Assembly: GCA_965233865.1 (NCBI GenBank)
Contig: OZ247587.1
Location: 1,120,001 to 1,184,000 of the forward strand
DNA length: 64,000 nucleotides
Source: Candidatus Neptunichlamydia sp.
Lineage (GTDB): Bacteria > Chlamydiota > Chlamydiia > Chlamydiales > Simkaniaceae
Direction: 5' to 3'
Below are positions 39,325 through 49,042 of this stretch, piece by piece. A program made the position numbers and the translations under genes. Position 1 is the first letter of the stretch, and the number at the start of each line of letters is the position of its first letter. The notes below the pieces were generated by a model that saw only the letters and a list, made by a program, of their open reading frames with translations, had not been told where the DNA came from and did no database searches.

Positions 39325-39566
39325 GACGTCTTACTCCTTAAAACTTGGATCTATTCTACCCTCTTGAGAAAAACTCTTCAATAGGTATCCTCTCAAAAAA
39401 TCAATAGTCATAGTCTTTCCACGTCAGAAAATTGACTCGTGTAGACTTTAGCATCTCTAGCTCCATGTTATCGTCCTCAGTGAGGATTGCGGTTCTATCC
39501 TCTGCGGAGTCTTTTCTATATCACGAGGTGTCTTTTCTACTTTTAGCGATTTTTCCATCACAAACC

Positions 39567-39737
39567 TTAATTTTCACTATCAAAGGCTTCCAAAAGTACA
39601 CAGTCTTCCATTGGCACGATCACAACTTTAGCGCCATTGAACTCGTGTAAAATACGCTCTCCTCCAAATGAGACTCGATTAAACATTTCTTGCTCTTTTT
39701 TTATTGAGAGAACTTCATCATGCTGATTATAAATCAT
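39567..39737 (-). CDS. Small Phd/YefM-like antitoxin (56 aa), orphan or degenerate
   Basis: Hand translation: MIYNQHDEVLSIKKEQEMFNRVSFGGERILHEFNGAKVVIVPMEDCVLLEAFDSEN*. NRV..GGERI....G..V.IVP.ED..LLE is typical of this family. AAAGG upstream. Confidence 0.55.
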   Translation of the reverse strand: MIYNQHDEVLSIKKEQEMFNRVSFGGERILHEFNGAKVVIVPMEDCVLLEAFDSEN

Positions 39738-39920
39738 TAACAACCTTTATTGAAGTTTTTCGTTCCACTGATTGTCACACCCCAAGTAGGCGCAGGTAAA
39801 GTCTCAGCGAAGAAAATATCAATGTGGAATAGACGAACTTTTTAAGGAGTATGACCTATAACTAAATTATAACAACTTAGCTATAATATGAGTTTGGAGT
39901 TTATTTCACCCATTTTCAGG

Positions 39921-42827
39921 TTAAGTAGGAAAGAATAAGATTCCCTCGTCTGGGAGACCTCGGAGAAAGATGTAATAGGTACCGGCGATGGGGGCGCCGC
40001 GGAGATAGCGGGAAAGAGCGGTGTGGTAGAGGCGCGCCTGTAGGTAATAATCATGATGGGTCATGGCTAGGTGGAGCGTGTCAGGATCGTAGGAGGGCAA
40101 AAGATTGGTCTTCCAATCGAGGAGGAAGTATTGATCATTATGAAGAAAAATAAGATCGATAAACCCTTTGATAAGGTTGGGGGGATTGGGATAGAGGAAT
40201 TCTGTTTCTGGATAAAAATGTTTGACTTCAGAGAGGGTGAAGAAATAGGGCGCGAGTGGGGTGTTTAGAGCGCTTTTGATGAGATCAAGTGTAGGTTCAT
40301 ACGGAAAGTGTGGAGGGAGTTGTTGTTTAAGAAGGGTTGAAATATCGAGGGAGGGGTTTCTAAAGATTGTTTCGAACAGTGAATGGATAATGAGACCGGT
40401 TTCGGCTCCTTTAGGGAGCTCTGTTGGCGTATGGACTGGGGGTTGGGAGGTTGTATGCGCTAGCGATGAGTAGGAATGAAGATAACGGGGGGGGTAGGAA
40501 TTTACAGGGTTTGTAGGAGCTGTGAGGGTTAGGTTTGTGGACTCTTTAAATGGAAGTTTTTTTGGCTCTAGATAGGTTGCATCAGTCGGTGCAGGGTTGA
40601 AGAGTTCTAGAGGAGACGCTTGACCCAGGGGAATGGGGGTATGTTTTGTATCACGAAGAAGTGGAATGTAAACGCGGTGTTTAGCACGGGTAAGAGCAAC
40701 GTAGAGTTGGCGCAATTTCTCGGCTTCTTGATTTTGCAAAGCTGCTTGACATTCGGCATGCGCAGGGTTGAAGAGGAGCCAGTTTTTCTGATGACGGACA
40801 AAATCATCTCGTCCTGTGTAGCGATTAACAAGACCGAGAGCAAAAACAACGTTGAATTCAAGCCCTTTGCTCATATGAATGGTCATGATGGTTACAGAGT
40901 TAGGATCGGAAAGAGGGCGCCGGTCAATCTCTTTAAGGGAAAGGAAAAACTCGAGAGTTTTTGGGAGAGAGGCTTTTGTTTGAGTTTGGTAATCAAGAAG
41001 AAGTTCACAGAGTTTGAGATAGTCGGAGTGAGAGTCAAGATCGGTGGGGATATAGAGATCTCGGAGGGCTTCTTGCAGGGATTGGGGCTTAGCAAATGCT
41101 GCGATGGTCCTTACAAGAAGGTCTTCGGCTGCAAGTTCACGGTGGTTACATGTGTGGGAAAGAAATCGCTTTACAGGGATTTCGGAAGGGGTGATGAGCG
41201 CCTCAAGGAGAGATCGGATGAGGGAAAAAATGGGCGCGAGTGTAAGATCTTCGGTGCTTTTAGATTGCGTAGGAATTTCGTGTGATTCGAGATAAGTTTT
41301 TAAGCGCGCTGCTTGAAAACGGTCTTTAACGAGAATGGCAAAGTCTGAGTATTGAAAGTCATGTTTGATGAGTTTTAGAATTTCACTGGCAATGAAAGGG
41401 AAGAACGTAGACTGCTCAATTTCGACAGAGGGCCAGCTCCTTTCTCGCTTCTTTTCTGTTTCATAAATAAAGAAGTGAACAGGGTGCTTATCATCAGGAA
41501 AGGGGCGATCGGGAATATCTGCATGTTTGACGGGATGAAAAGGCATCGGAGCATCAGGCAGAGAGAGGAAATGAGGGTTTGAACAAAAGAGAGCGTTGAG
41601 ACTTTGAATGAGTTTGGGGTCTGATCGATAATTGGTATCAAGATGCGATTTTTGAGAAACGGCTTCTTCAGCACTAAGATAGGTGTAGATATCTGCTGAA
41701 CGGAAGGAATAGATCGATTGCTTCGGATCCCCTACAAGGTAAAGGGCAGGAATGGGATCATCGATAAATAGTGTCTTAAAAATGCTCCATTGCACGGGAT
41801 CGGTATCTTGAAACTCATCAATAATGGCTGCTCTGTAGCGGCTACGGACTTTTTTAAGAAAGGAGGGAAGTGATAAACACTCGTTCATTTTTTTGAGGAT
41901 GTCGTTTGGAGCAAGAATTTCTTTTTTTAGAAGCGATTTTTGCGCGGAGATGCGGGCAGTGCAGGCGATGCGAACAAGAGTGCAAAGAGGAGATGCAGCG
42001 TTTTCAAGAATGGGTTTGAGGGATTCTGCAAAATCGAAAAGAGGGGCCGCATCAGCTTGTGATTTTTTATACTGATTTTCAATTGTCAAAAGAGACAGGA
42101 TAGGGGCTTGCGCAGTAAGAATTTCAAATTCTTCAATAGTAAGAGAGGATTTTTCAAGAAGAGCTACCTGCTCTTTAAAGGGCTTTTTCAAGACGCCGGA
42201 TTTATCTTTAATCTTAGAAAACTCATTGAGCAGTTGCACAGGGAATTGAGCAGTTTGTCGCAACTTATTATATTTCTGATGAGAGACAGAAAAGGAATCG
42301 TAGGTTGGAAACTCCCCTTCTTTTTCTACAAGAGAGAGGATTTTTTGGATGAGGGTTTCTTTGTCTTGTTTAAGAGCAAAGAGTTGGGAGGTACTATATT
42401 TCTCTGTAGAAAGGGAGGTGCGGAAGAAGTCAGTAATATGCTCTTTTAAGAGGGAGCGGTAGTCGGATTCTTCTTCACTTAAAAGTGCAAAACCGAGCCC
42501 AGCCTCAAAGGCAAACTCCGTTAGCATCCGATGACAAAACCCATGAATTGTAAAGATTTGCGCTTGATCAATAAGGGCAAGTGCCTTTTGGATATTCAAG
42601 GATGGGGTTTTGTTTTTAAGGGTATTTTGAATGCGGGCTTTTAGCTCACGTGTGGCGGCTCGTGTAAAGGTCACAACGAGTATTTCATCGAGGTCAAAGT
42701 TTTGTTCTTCAATCAAGCGGGCAGTGATATGCTCGATAGCAAAGGTTTTCCCTGTTCCGGCAGAGGCTTCTAAAAGATGGTGACCAAGAAGAGGGGTCTC
42801 AGGATCTAGAATATCAAACCTTTTCAT
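39921..42827 (-). CDS. recB: Exodeoxyribonuclease V beta subunit
   Basis: LEASAGTGKT, IDEFQDTD, VGDPKQSIYSFR, TIHMSKGLEF, YVALTRAK and nuclease motif GFIDL..LDWKTN. Confidence 0.93.
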   Translation of the reverse strand: MKRFDILDPETPLLGHHLLEASAGTGKTFAIEHITARLIEEQNFDLDEILVVTFTRAATRELKARIQNTLKNKTPSLNIQKALALIDQAQIFTIHGFCHRMLTEFAFEAGLGFALLSEEESDYRSLLKEHITDFFRTSLSTEKYSTSQLFALKQDKETLIQKILSLVEKEGEFPTYDSFSVSHQKYNKLRQTAQFPVQLLNEFSKIKDKSGVLKKPFKEQVALLEKSSLTIEEFEILTAQAPILSLLTIENQYKKSQADAAPLFDFAESLKPILENAASPLCTLVRIACTARISAQKSLLKKEILAPNDILKKMNECLSLPSFLKKVRSRYRAAIIDEFQDTDPVQWSIFKTLFIDDPIPALYLVGDPKQSIYSFRSADIYTYLSAEEAVSQKSHLDTNYRSDPKLIQSLNALFCSNPHFLSLPDAPMPFHPVKHADIPDRPFPDDKHPVHFFIYETEKKRERSWPSVEIEQSTFFPFIASEILKLIKHDFQYSDFAILVKDRFQAARLKTYLESHEIPTQSKSTEDLTLAPIFSLIRSLLEALITPSEIPVKRFLSHTCNHRELAAEDLLVRTIAAFAKPQSLQEALRDLYIPTDLDSHSDYLKLCELLLDYQTQTKASLPKTLEFFLSLKEIDRRPLSDPNSVTIMTIHMSKGLEFNVVFALGLVNRYTGRDDFVRHQKNWLLFNPAHAECQAALQNQEAEKLRQLYVALTRAKHRVYIPLLRDTKHTPIPLGQASPLELFNPAPTDATYLEPKKLPFKESTNLTLTAPTNPVNSYPPRYLHSYSSLAHTTSQPPVHTPTELPKGAETGLIIHSLFETIFRNPSLDISTLLKQQLPPHFPYEPTLDLIKSALNTPLAPYFFTLSEVKHFYPETEFLYPNPPNLIKGFIDLIFLHNDQYFLLDWKTNLLPSYDPDTLHLAMTHHDYYLQARLYHTALSRYLRGAPIAGTYYIFLRGLPDEGILFFPT

Positions 42828-45573
42828 CGAGCATCTCCAATAACGGGTGGAAGGTTTTTCGAAGGAAAGGCGCCCACGTTTCAAAAATGACTGCAGGATC
42901 ACAATCTTTGAAGAGAGTTTTCATATAGGGATCGATCTGAGCGCTTTTGATTCGAGCGGCTAGGGATTTTACGTCTTTTCTTAACAGAGAGTCAGCGAGA
43001 AGCGGATGCAATGGGGAGGGGCTTTGTTGAGCAATATCATAGTACTCAAGATAGGCATCAAATGCCTTTTTAGGGTCAGATTTTAATGTAAAGCGGTCTC
43101 TATTCTTCAGGGAGATTAAAGGAGTCTCAGCTTTTAGGGACTCAAGAAGGTAAAGGGGATAGATTTTGATTAGGTCCGAGAAAAAATCTTTTCCTAAAAA
43201 AGTAAACCCTTCTTCTATCTCAGGTTTGTAGTCTTCTGTAATCTTTTTTTTGGCGATCTCTTTGAATCGCCCAAGAGGAAGATGTCCCCTTTCCTCAGCC
43301 TCTTTCAGAGATTCTTTAGCGGAAAGAAGGCGATGTTTTTGGAGAGGAGAAAGAAAAAATTCCGAGTCGGTAAGGTCTTCGTAGTGAAGGTAGAGGTTGA
43401 GCGTTTGGTTACAATAAAATCGCAGAGGATGTTTAGAAAACCGGGAAAGCTCTTCTTTTGTTGGCACATAACTGTGTGTGACGCTGGGGAGGGTTGCTGG
43501 AAATAAAAACTCAGGAACAAAGGGGTGTTTCTTTTTTTTTTCATAAAAGGCTTGCGCTGTTTCAAAATGCTTTTTGGAATACACTCCTTTCTTTTTAAAG
43601 TAGGAATGATGAAAGGGAAAGGGTGGGTGTTTTTCTACCATCGGATCAAGTTCTTGAACCACAAGAGAGGGAGACTGCTCTTTCCCATCTTCCTCGCTGC
43701 TGTTTTGGTAGGTTATGAAAAGATTTTCCTCTGCGGCGCAAATTGCTTCTAAAAAGAGATAGCGGTCTTCATCTGGCGTAGAAGGGTTGTAGTCCCCGTT
43801 ATTAGCGAGAAGGTTGAGGGATGAGGAAGTATGAAGACGAGGAAACGCCCCTTCATGCATTCCTAAAAGGGCAATGGTATGGGAAGAAAAAAGCGTTCCA
43901 GGTTTTAAGCTGCGGAAGGTAATCGCCTCGAGCTGCTTGGCGGAGCGGACTCCTTTCTTTTGTTTAAGGCTGCTTTGAAGATACCGCTTGATACTAGAAA
44001 AATTATAGGAAGCATCTAGCTGCTTTAAGAGAAGGATTTTTTCCTGAATAGGAGCAAGTTCCTCTTCAGAGGGATCGAGATAACGATTGAAGAGAAAGAG
44101 GAGCTTCTCGCACCAATCGGTAGCTGTGTACTCTGCAGAAAACAAGGTGTCGAGGTCAGATCGAAGAAAGCGTATAAGACAGATCCCTTTTCCAAGAACC
44201 ACGCTATCTGCGCAATCGAGATAAGGAAGGTCCCAATCTGTTGGTTGAGTGGGGAGGAAGAGTAGGTTGTTTAAGAGATGATCAAAAGCCTCTTCCCACG
44301 TTCCATTTTCGGAAGTATCAAGAAGGCCAGGGAGGAGCTTTTTTCGATGAGAGCTATCCACCCCCCACTTAACTCCCGATTTGTCTATCCAACTTTTAAA
44401 CTCTTTTACCTCTTTGTCTGAAAGAGCCGCAAAATAAGGGCTTGAAAAAAGTTTAAAGATACTCTCTGGATCAAAACGGTGCTCGTTAAGAGTAAGGAGA
44501 TCTAAGAAGGCTTGGAGAAGGGGCTGCTGAGAAAGGTCGCGAATGGTGAAATCAAAGGGAGATTCATCGGACCCAAAAACGAGTTCTATTAGGGGTGCAT
44601 AGGTGGAAATATCAGGAGCAAAAACTTGGATCTCTGAAGGTGGACAACGCAAAGAAAGGAGCTTTGTATAAAGAATTTCTACTTCACGCAGTTTAGAAGA
44701 GGCAGGAAGGAGGAGAATGGAGGCGTCTTGTTCTACAGATCCTTTTCTAAAATGAAGCATGTCATTTTGCAGATGAGAAAGTTTGGTTTGAGGAGTCGTT
44801 TCAATGTAGTAATCCTCTAAAACAAAATCTTCTTCTTCAAAAATACGGAAGGTTTCTCTCCCCATGCGCCCCAAGTTTTTAAGGAGAGAATGCCCTTCTT
44901 CCAGATAGAGGGAAAGCTGGGGGTCTTTTTCTAAAAGGTGGATTTTTTCGACTTCACTGACGGTATCAGACCAAAACTCTCTGCAGGGAGAGAACTGGTA
45001 GTAATAGATGGGGAAGTACTTCGCGAGTTTAGCAAAGAAGAGGTGATAAAGCTTAGGCAGAAAAGGGAAATTAAAAAGATGAATCTCGGCAGTTTCGGAA
45101 GATTTTCTTAAAGGGGTTTCTAAAAGCTGATAGGGATAATTCCATTTTGTCGTGATCTGATCCCAAAGCTCTTTTTGCCACCCATTGCTCCAGTTCTTTA
45201 AAAAGGCCCCCCCATACTTTCCGTATTTAATGAACTCTTTAGCAAGGGCAGGTGCAAAATGGGGTTTATCAAGAAGCGCTTCAAGATGGAGCGTTAGGAG
45301 GTCTTGAGGAGGGAAAAGGAGTCTTTTTCCTGTTGTCCATTGATAGAGTGTAGAAACTCCCCGTCCAAGTTCTAGAAAGTCAATCCCAAGAACAACATCC
45401 AGTTTATCACCGGCAACAAATGAAGATAGAAGAGGGGTTTTTAGAGAGGAGTTAGGAAGAAAGACAAACTTTTTTGCAAAAGGTTTGCTCTCTTTAGAAA
45501 AGAGGTTACCGCGCAGATGTGATGTAAGCACTTTTTCTTTATTGCTTAAGTATACAGTTGGCTTTCCGATCAT
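42814..45573 (-). CDS. recC: Exodeoxyribonuclease V gamma subunit
   Basis: SPCREFWSD, LREVEIL, APDISTYAPLI and DRYLFLEA; upstream of recB. Confidence 0.88.
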   Translation of the reverse strand: MIGKPTVYLSNKEKVLTSHLRGNLFSKESKPFAKKFVFLPNSSLKTPLLSSFVAGDKLDVVLGIDFLELGRGVSTLYQWTTGKRLLFPPQDLLTLHLEALLDKPHFAPALAKEFIKYGKYGGAFLKNWSNGWQKELWDQITTKWNYPYQLLETPLRKSSETAEIHLFNFPFLPKLYHLFFAKLAKYFPIYYYQFSPCREFWSDTVSEVEKIHLLEKDPQLSLYLEEGHSLLKNLGRMGRETFRIFEEEDFVLEDYYIETTPQTKLSHLQNDMLHFRKGSVEQDASILLLPASSKLREVEILYTKLLSLRCPPSEIQVFAPDISTYAPLIELVFGSDESPFDFTIRDLSQQPLLQAFLDLLTLNEHRFDPESIFKLFSSPYFAALSDKEVKEFKSWIDKSGVKWGVDSSHRKKLLPGLLDTSENGTWEEAFDHLLNNLLFLPTQPTDWDLPYLDCADSVVLGKGICLIRFLRSDLDTLFSAEYTATDWCEKLLFLFNRYLDPSEEELAPIQEKILLLKQLDASYNFSSIKRYLQSSLKQKKGVRSAKQLEAITFRSLKPGTLFSSHTIALLGMHEGAFPRLHTSSSLNLLANNGDYNPSTPDEDRYLFLEAICAAEENLFITYQNSSEEDGKEQSPSLVVQELDPMVEKHPPFPFHHSYFKKKGVYSKKHFETAQAFYEKKKKHPFVPEFLFPATLPSVTHSYVPTKEELSRFSKHPLRFYCNQTLNLYLHYEDLTDSEFFLSPLQKHRLLSAKESLKEAEERGHLPLGRFKEIAKKKITEDYKPEIEEGFTFLGKDFFSDLIKIYPLYLLESLKAETPLISLKNRDRFTLKSDPKKAFDAYLEYYDIAQQSPSPLHPLLADSLLRKDVKSLAARIKSAQIDPYMKTLFKDCDPAVIFETWAPFLRKTFHPLLEMLDEKV

Positions 45574-45603
45574 CAGACTTTCTTTTAACAACATTTAACA
45601 GTT

Positions 45604-47394
45604 ATGTTAATGGGTATGGTTTTATTTAAGAAGAAGAATGAAAAACAGGGCTTTTTTCAAACGATTGAAACTGTCCTTCACCGTTTTAGATTTTTCAAAA
45701 AAGAAACCTATTTTCAGCGCCATGCAATCCAGTTTTTGAACCTTGCTCAGTTTCTTGGCGTTGTAAATGACAATTTTTTTAAGTACCTCATTGTCTTTTT
45801 ATTTATCGACCTCAAAGGGATTGAATCCTCTCCCATTATTTTAACATGGGTGGGCATTGTTTATGTTCTCCCCTTTCTCCTTTTCTCATCGGGAGCAGGT
45901 GTTCTTGCTGATCGATTTAGCAAACAGCGAATGATTATTATTCTCAAATTTACTGAGTTAATTATCATGGCCCTAGGGGTTCTTGCCTTTATGTTTAAAA
46001 GCGGTTGGGCAAGTTATACTCTTCTCTTTTTGCTTTCGATGCAAAGTGCCTTTTTTAGCCCGCCTAAGTATAGTGTCATCCCCGAATTGGTGAAAGAGGA
46101 ACACATCCCCAAAGCAAATGGTTTAATTACCTCCTTTACTTATTTAGGAATCATCGTCGGAACCTTTCTAGCGTCGTTTTTAACGCAAGTGACCCATAAG
46201 AACTTCCCTCTAACTGCTGGTGTTTGTCTAATTTTAGCAGGATTTGGCTTCTTAGCTTCTATCTTGATTCCGAAAACAACCCCAAAACTTTCACAGAAGC
46301 GTGTCAACCCATTTTTTCTCTATGAAATTTACAAGAATCTGAGCTACGCATCAAAAAACCCTTATTTATTTGTTACAATCTTAGGTTCCGCTTCATTTTT
46401 ATTTATTGGGGCCTATTTCCAACTCAATATCATTCCCTACGCTGTACAGTCGATGGGATACACTGAAGTTGCAGGAGGATATTTATTTCTCCTCACCTCA
46501 TTAGGAATTGCTTGTGGGGCCTTTCTAGGCGGTAGGATGAGTCATCAGCGCCCTGAGGTGGATATGGCATGTATCTCGGGGATTCTTCTTTCTACAATCA
46601 TCGTTCTCCTTGGCGTGCTGTATCATTTCCCCATCTTTATCTTCATTGCACTCCTTGCATTAGGGGTATTTGGAGGGCTATTTATTGTTCCATTCGATTC
46701 ATTTATTCAACAGCATGCTCCAGAGAAGCGGCGAGGACAAATTGTGGCTGCAATGAACTTTCTCAGTTTTTGCGGCGTCCTTGTTGCACCAATTCTCCTT
46801 TTTCTGTTCAGTGAAACTTTTAAGTTTACAGCTGCAGAAGGGTTCATTATCACAGGCGTAATTATTTTTGTGATGGTAATCAGCATTACATCAAGACTCT
46901 CTGGCTACTTTTTTAATTACTTAGCCCGGATGTTTATTAAACCGCTCTACAGAGTAGATATTAAAGACTCTCCCCTTGATCAAAGGCTCCCCTCCGCCTT
47001 GATCTGGGAAAAAATTAAGGGGATCCATATCGCTCTTCTTGCAGCCTTTAATCCGGAGCTGCATTTCTATATTCCCCGCTCCCGCAAACGGTATATCGAT
47101 TCATTTCTCAGACTTTTTTCTTCTGTCGACTTCCTCTATGTCAAAGACCCAAGGCAGGATGCCCTCAAAACATTTGTAAAAAAAGTGAAAAAGACAGAAC
47201 ATCAAATTCCTTGTCTTCTTTTTCCCTTTCCAAAATCTCTTGAAGAGAAGTCTTCAAAAAAGTTAGTTCAAAAGCTAAAAAAGATTAGGGATTTTGATTT
47301 GGTCTTCGTGAAAATTAGAAAAATTTCGAGAAAGGATCAGATCGGTCGAAAGCATTTTAAACGAGCAAAGATAACCTTTACATTTTCGAGATAA
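45604..47394 (+). CDS. MFS transporter of the LplT/Aas type with a degenerate C-terminal acyltransferase-like region
   Basis: QFLGVVNDNFFK, AGVLADRFSK and QSAFFSPPKYSVIPEL; about 12 TM helices. Confidence 0.8.
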   Translation: MLMGMVLFKKKNEKQGFFQTIETVLHRFRFFKKETYFQRHAIQFLNLAQFLGVVNDNFFKYLIVFLFIDLKGIESSPIILTWVGIVYVLPFLLFSSGAGVLADRFSKQRMIIILKFTELIIMALGVLAFMFKSGWASYTLLFLLSMQSAFFSPPKYSVIPELVKEEHIPKANGLITSFTYLGIIVGTFLASFLTQVTHKNFPLTAGVCLILAGFGFLASILIPKTTPKLSQKRVNPFFLYEIYKNLSYASKNPYLFVTILGSASFLFIGAYFQLNIIPYAVQSMGYTEVAGGYLFLLTSLGIACGAFLGGRMSHQRPEVDMACISGILLSTIIVLLGVLYHFPIFIFIALLALGVFGGLFIVPFDSFIQQHAPEKRRGQIVAAMNFLSFCGVLVAPILLFLFSETFKFTAAEGFIITGVIIFVMVISITSRLSGYFFNYLARMFIKPLYRVDIKDSPLDQRLPSALIWEKIKGIHIALLAAFNPELHFYIPRSRKRYIDSFLRLFSSVDFLYVKDPRQDALKTFVKKVKKTEHQIPCLLFPFPKSLEEKSSKKLVQKLKKIRDFDLVFVKIRKISRKDQIGRKHFKRAKITFTFSR

Positions 47395-47483
47395 GTTCAA
47401 ATAGCAACTGCAATTTCTTGCATACGAGCCTTACAACAATAAGGCTCGATTCCTCTCTATACTGCACTAGGCAGTGTACCTAG

Positions 47484-48710
47484 TTAGAATCCATAGATAA
47501 TCTCGAATTCATATTGCTTATAGGAAAAGGTTGGTTTAATACTGGAGGTTTCATTCACAGATTGCCTCCACGCTTGATAAACAGTAATGTTATTGGTGAG
47601 GAGATAGAGCAGCTCGATTGAAATTCCCTTATAATTCCCTGCACCAACACCTTCCCCTACGCCATTTGCAGCACCAATCCCTTTATTGAATCGCGTGTAA
47701 AGCCCCCGTTTAGCAGCATTTCCGCGGCCGATTCCACCACCATCAAAGTCAGGAATTGCCTGCAGCTGCACCCACTGATAGTTGATGTCAAAAGACCAGT
47801 CCCAGGGTTTGCGAAGCTCTCCAACGGAACATCCTGCATACCAAGCCCATGCTTGCTGCTTTCCGTTGGAAACCACTGTACCATGAGCACGAGGGTTATA
47901 AAGCCCAGCGGCATACGTAGTCACAATTTTATTGATGCGCCCTGGAATAAATTTATATCCCCAAATCCATTGGATTGGAATAAAACGAAAGGCATCATTC
48001 AGGGCTTTGTTAGTGGAGTGTTTGGTATCCCAGCAGACAGCTGAAAGTTTTGTATAAAGACCGGTTCGTCCTATATTTAGAAGACCAAATTCCCCAACAT
48101 AAGCATATTGGTCGATATTTTCATTTACGAGGAAGGGCCCACCATGGAAATAAAAATTTCCTGCAGCATTAAATGCTTGATTATACTTATAGAGGATCCC
48201 ATCCATGAAGGAGCTAAACTGAATCTTCGAATCAAAGGTATATCCCAAAAGGCGGCGGCCAATCTCAAGGTCCATCGTATAGGTGTCTGCATTTATAATG
48301 CGCCCTCCTAAAAAGGCTCTCTCAACAGAGAGTTTATCAAAGGATCCAGTCGTCGTCCCCGCGTTGTTGTCAAACTCAATCTTAACAGTTGCCCAAGTGT
48401 GATCGGTTCGGTAATCGAGCATCAGGTTGACTTCAACGTCCCATGCATGCATCGCCGAAGGCTGAACTTCTCCCCCTATTCCTCGCTGTTTAATACCATT
48501 TTTCTTTTCGTTTGTCGATTGGAGTTCAGCGCGCACCTCCCCGCTGATGGAAAGGTTTCCCCCCCGTTCTTTAACAGTCACTTGTCGTTTAGTCTTGATC
48601 CAATCGCGAAGTGCTTCAATGTCTCGTTGTTCTAAACCCGGACTTCCGTCGTCGATCGCAAAGGCTGTTGTCGTTAGGAAAAGTAGAAAGAATTTTAGGT
48701 ATCTCATCAT
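47484..48710 (-). CDS. Chlamydial outer-membrane beta-barrel protein (76-kDa-antigen/CT623-like)
   Basis: Signal peptide; LSISGEVR, VEVNLMLDYR and GIGRGN; C-terminal FEIIYGF. Confidence 0.7.
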   Translation of the reverse strand: MMRYLKFFLLFLTTTAFAIDDGSPGLEQRDIEALRDWIKTKRQVTVKERGGNLSISGEVRAELQSTNEKKNGIKQRGIGGEVQPSAMHAWDVEVNLMLDYRTDHTWATVKIEFDNNAGTTTGSFDKLSVERAFLGGRIINADTYTMDLEIGRRLLGYTFDSKIQFSSFMDGILYKYNQAFNAAGNFYFHGGPFLVNENIDQYAYVGEFGLLNIGRTGLYTKLSAVCWDTKHSTNKALNDAFRFIPIQWIWGYKFIPGRINKIVTTYAAGLYNPRAHGTVVSNGKQQAWAWYAGCSVGELRKPWDWSFDINYQWVQLQAIPDFDGGGIGRGNAAKRGLYTRFNKGIGAANGVGEGVGAGNYKGISIELLYLLTNNITVYQAWRQSVNETSSIKPTFSYKQYEFEIIYGF

Positions 48711-48759
48711 TGTTTTTTCTCAGTGAATTTGAGTAAGCAGTGTATCGAATCAGGAATTT

Positions 48760-48990
48760 TTATTCAATAAACATCCACGATGAGGGGAGATCTTCCTTTC
48801 TGGGAGGAAGTTTTTCTAAAATGACTTGCTGAATTTGGGGAAGTACTTCGCGCGCTGTTTCTCTTCCATGGTTGTAGATTTCTTGGTTATATTGATCGGA
48901 AAATATTCCTAAATCGTGGAAGTTCATCTGAATTACTCCATTGGCATTTCGGGTCACATACTCTGACAGTCTTCGATAAGAAATTTCCAA
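48760..48990 (-). pseudogene. Probable C-terminal remnant of a patatin-like phospholipase
   Basis: LGIFSDQYNQEIYNHGRETAREVLPQI resembles a patatin C-terminal helix. An in-frame stop lies 13 codons upstream of the TTG, and there is no GxSxG or DGG motif. Confidence 0.4.
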
Positions 48991-49042
48991 GCTGCTGAAC
49001 TCCTCGACTTGTAGGCGAGGCGTTGTTTAGTTACGTCAACGA

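Noticed and set aside
40487..40494. G8 tract in recB as a phase-variation site
   Set aside because: The frame is intact, the tract is short, and it lies in a C-rich coding region of a core gene.
40620..41285. 221-aa plus-strand ORF
   Set aside because: Antisense shadow of recB, favoured by the biased composition.
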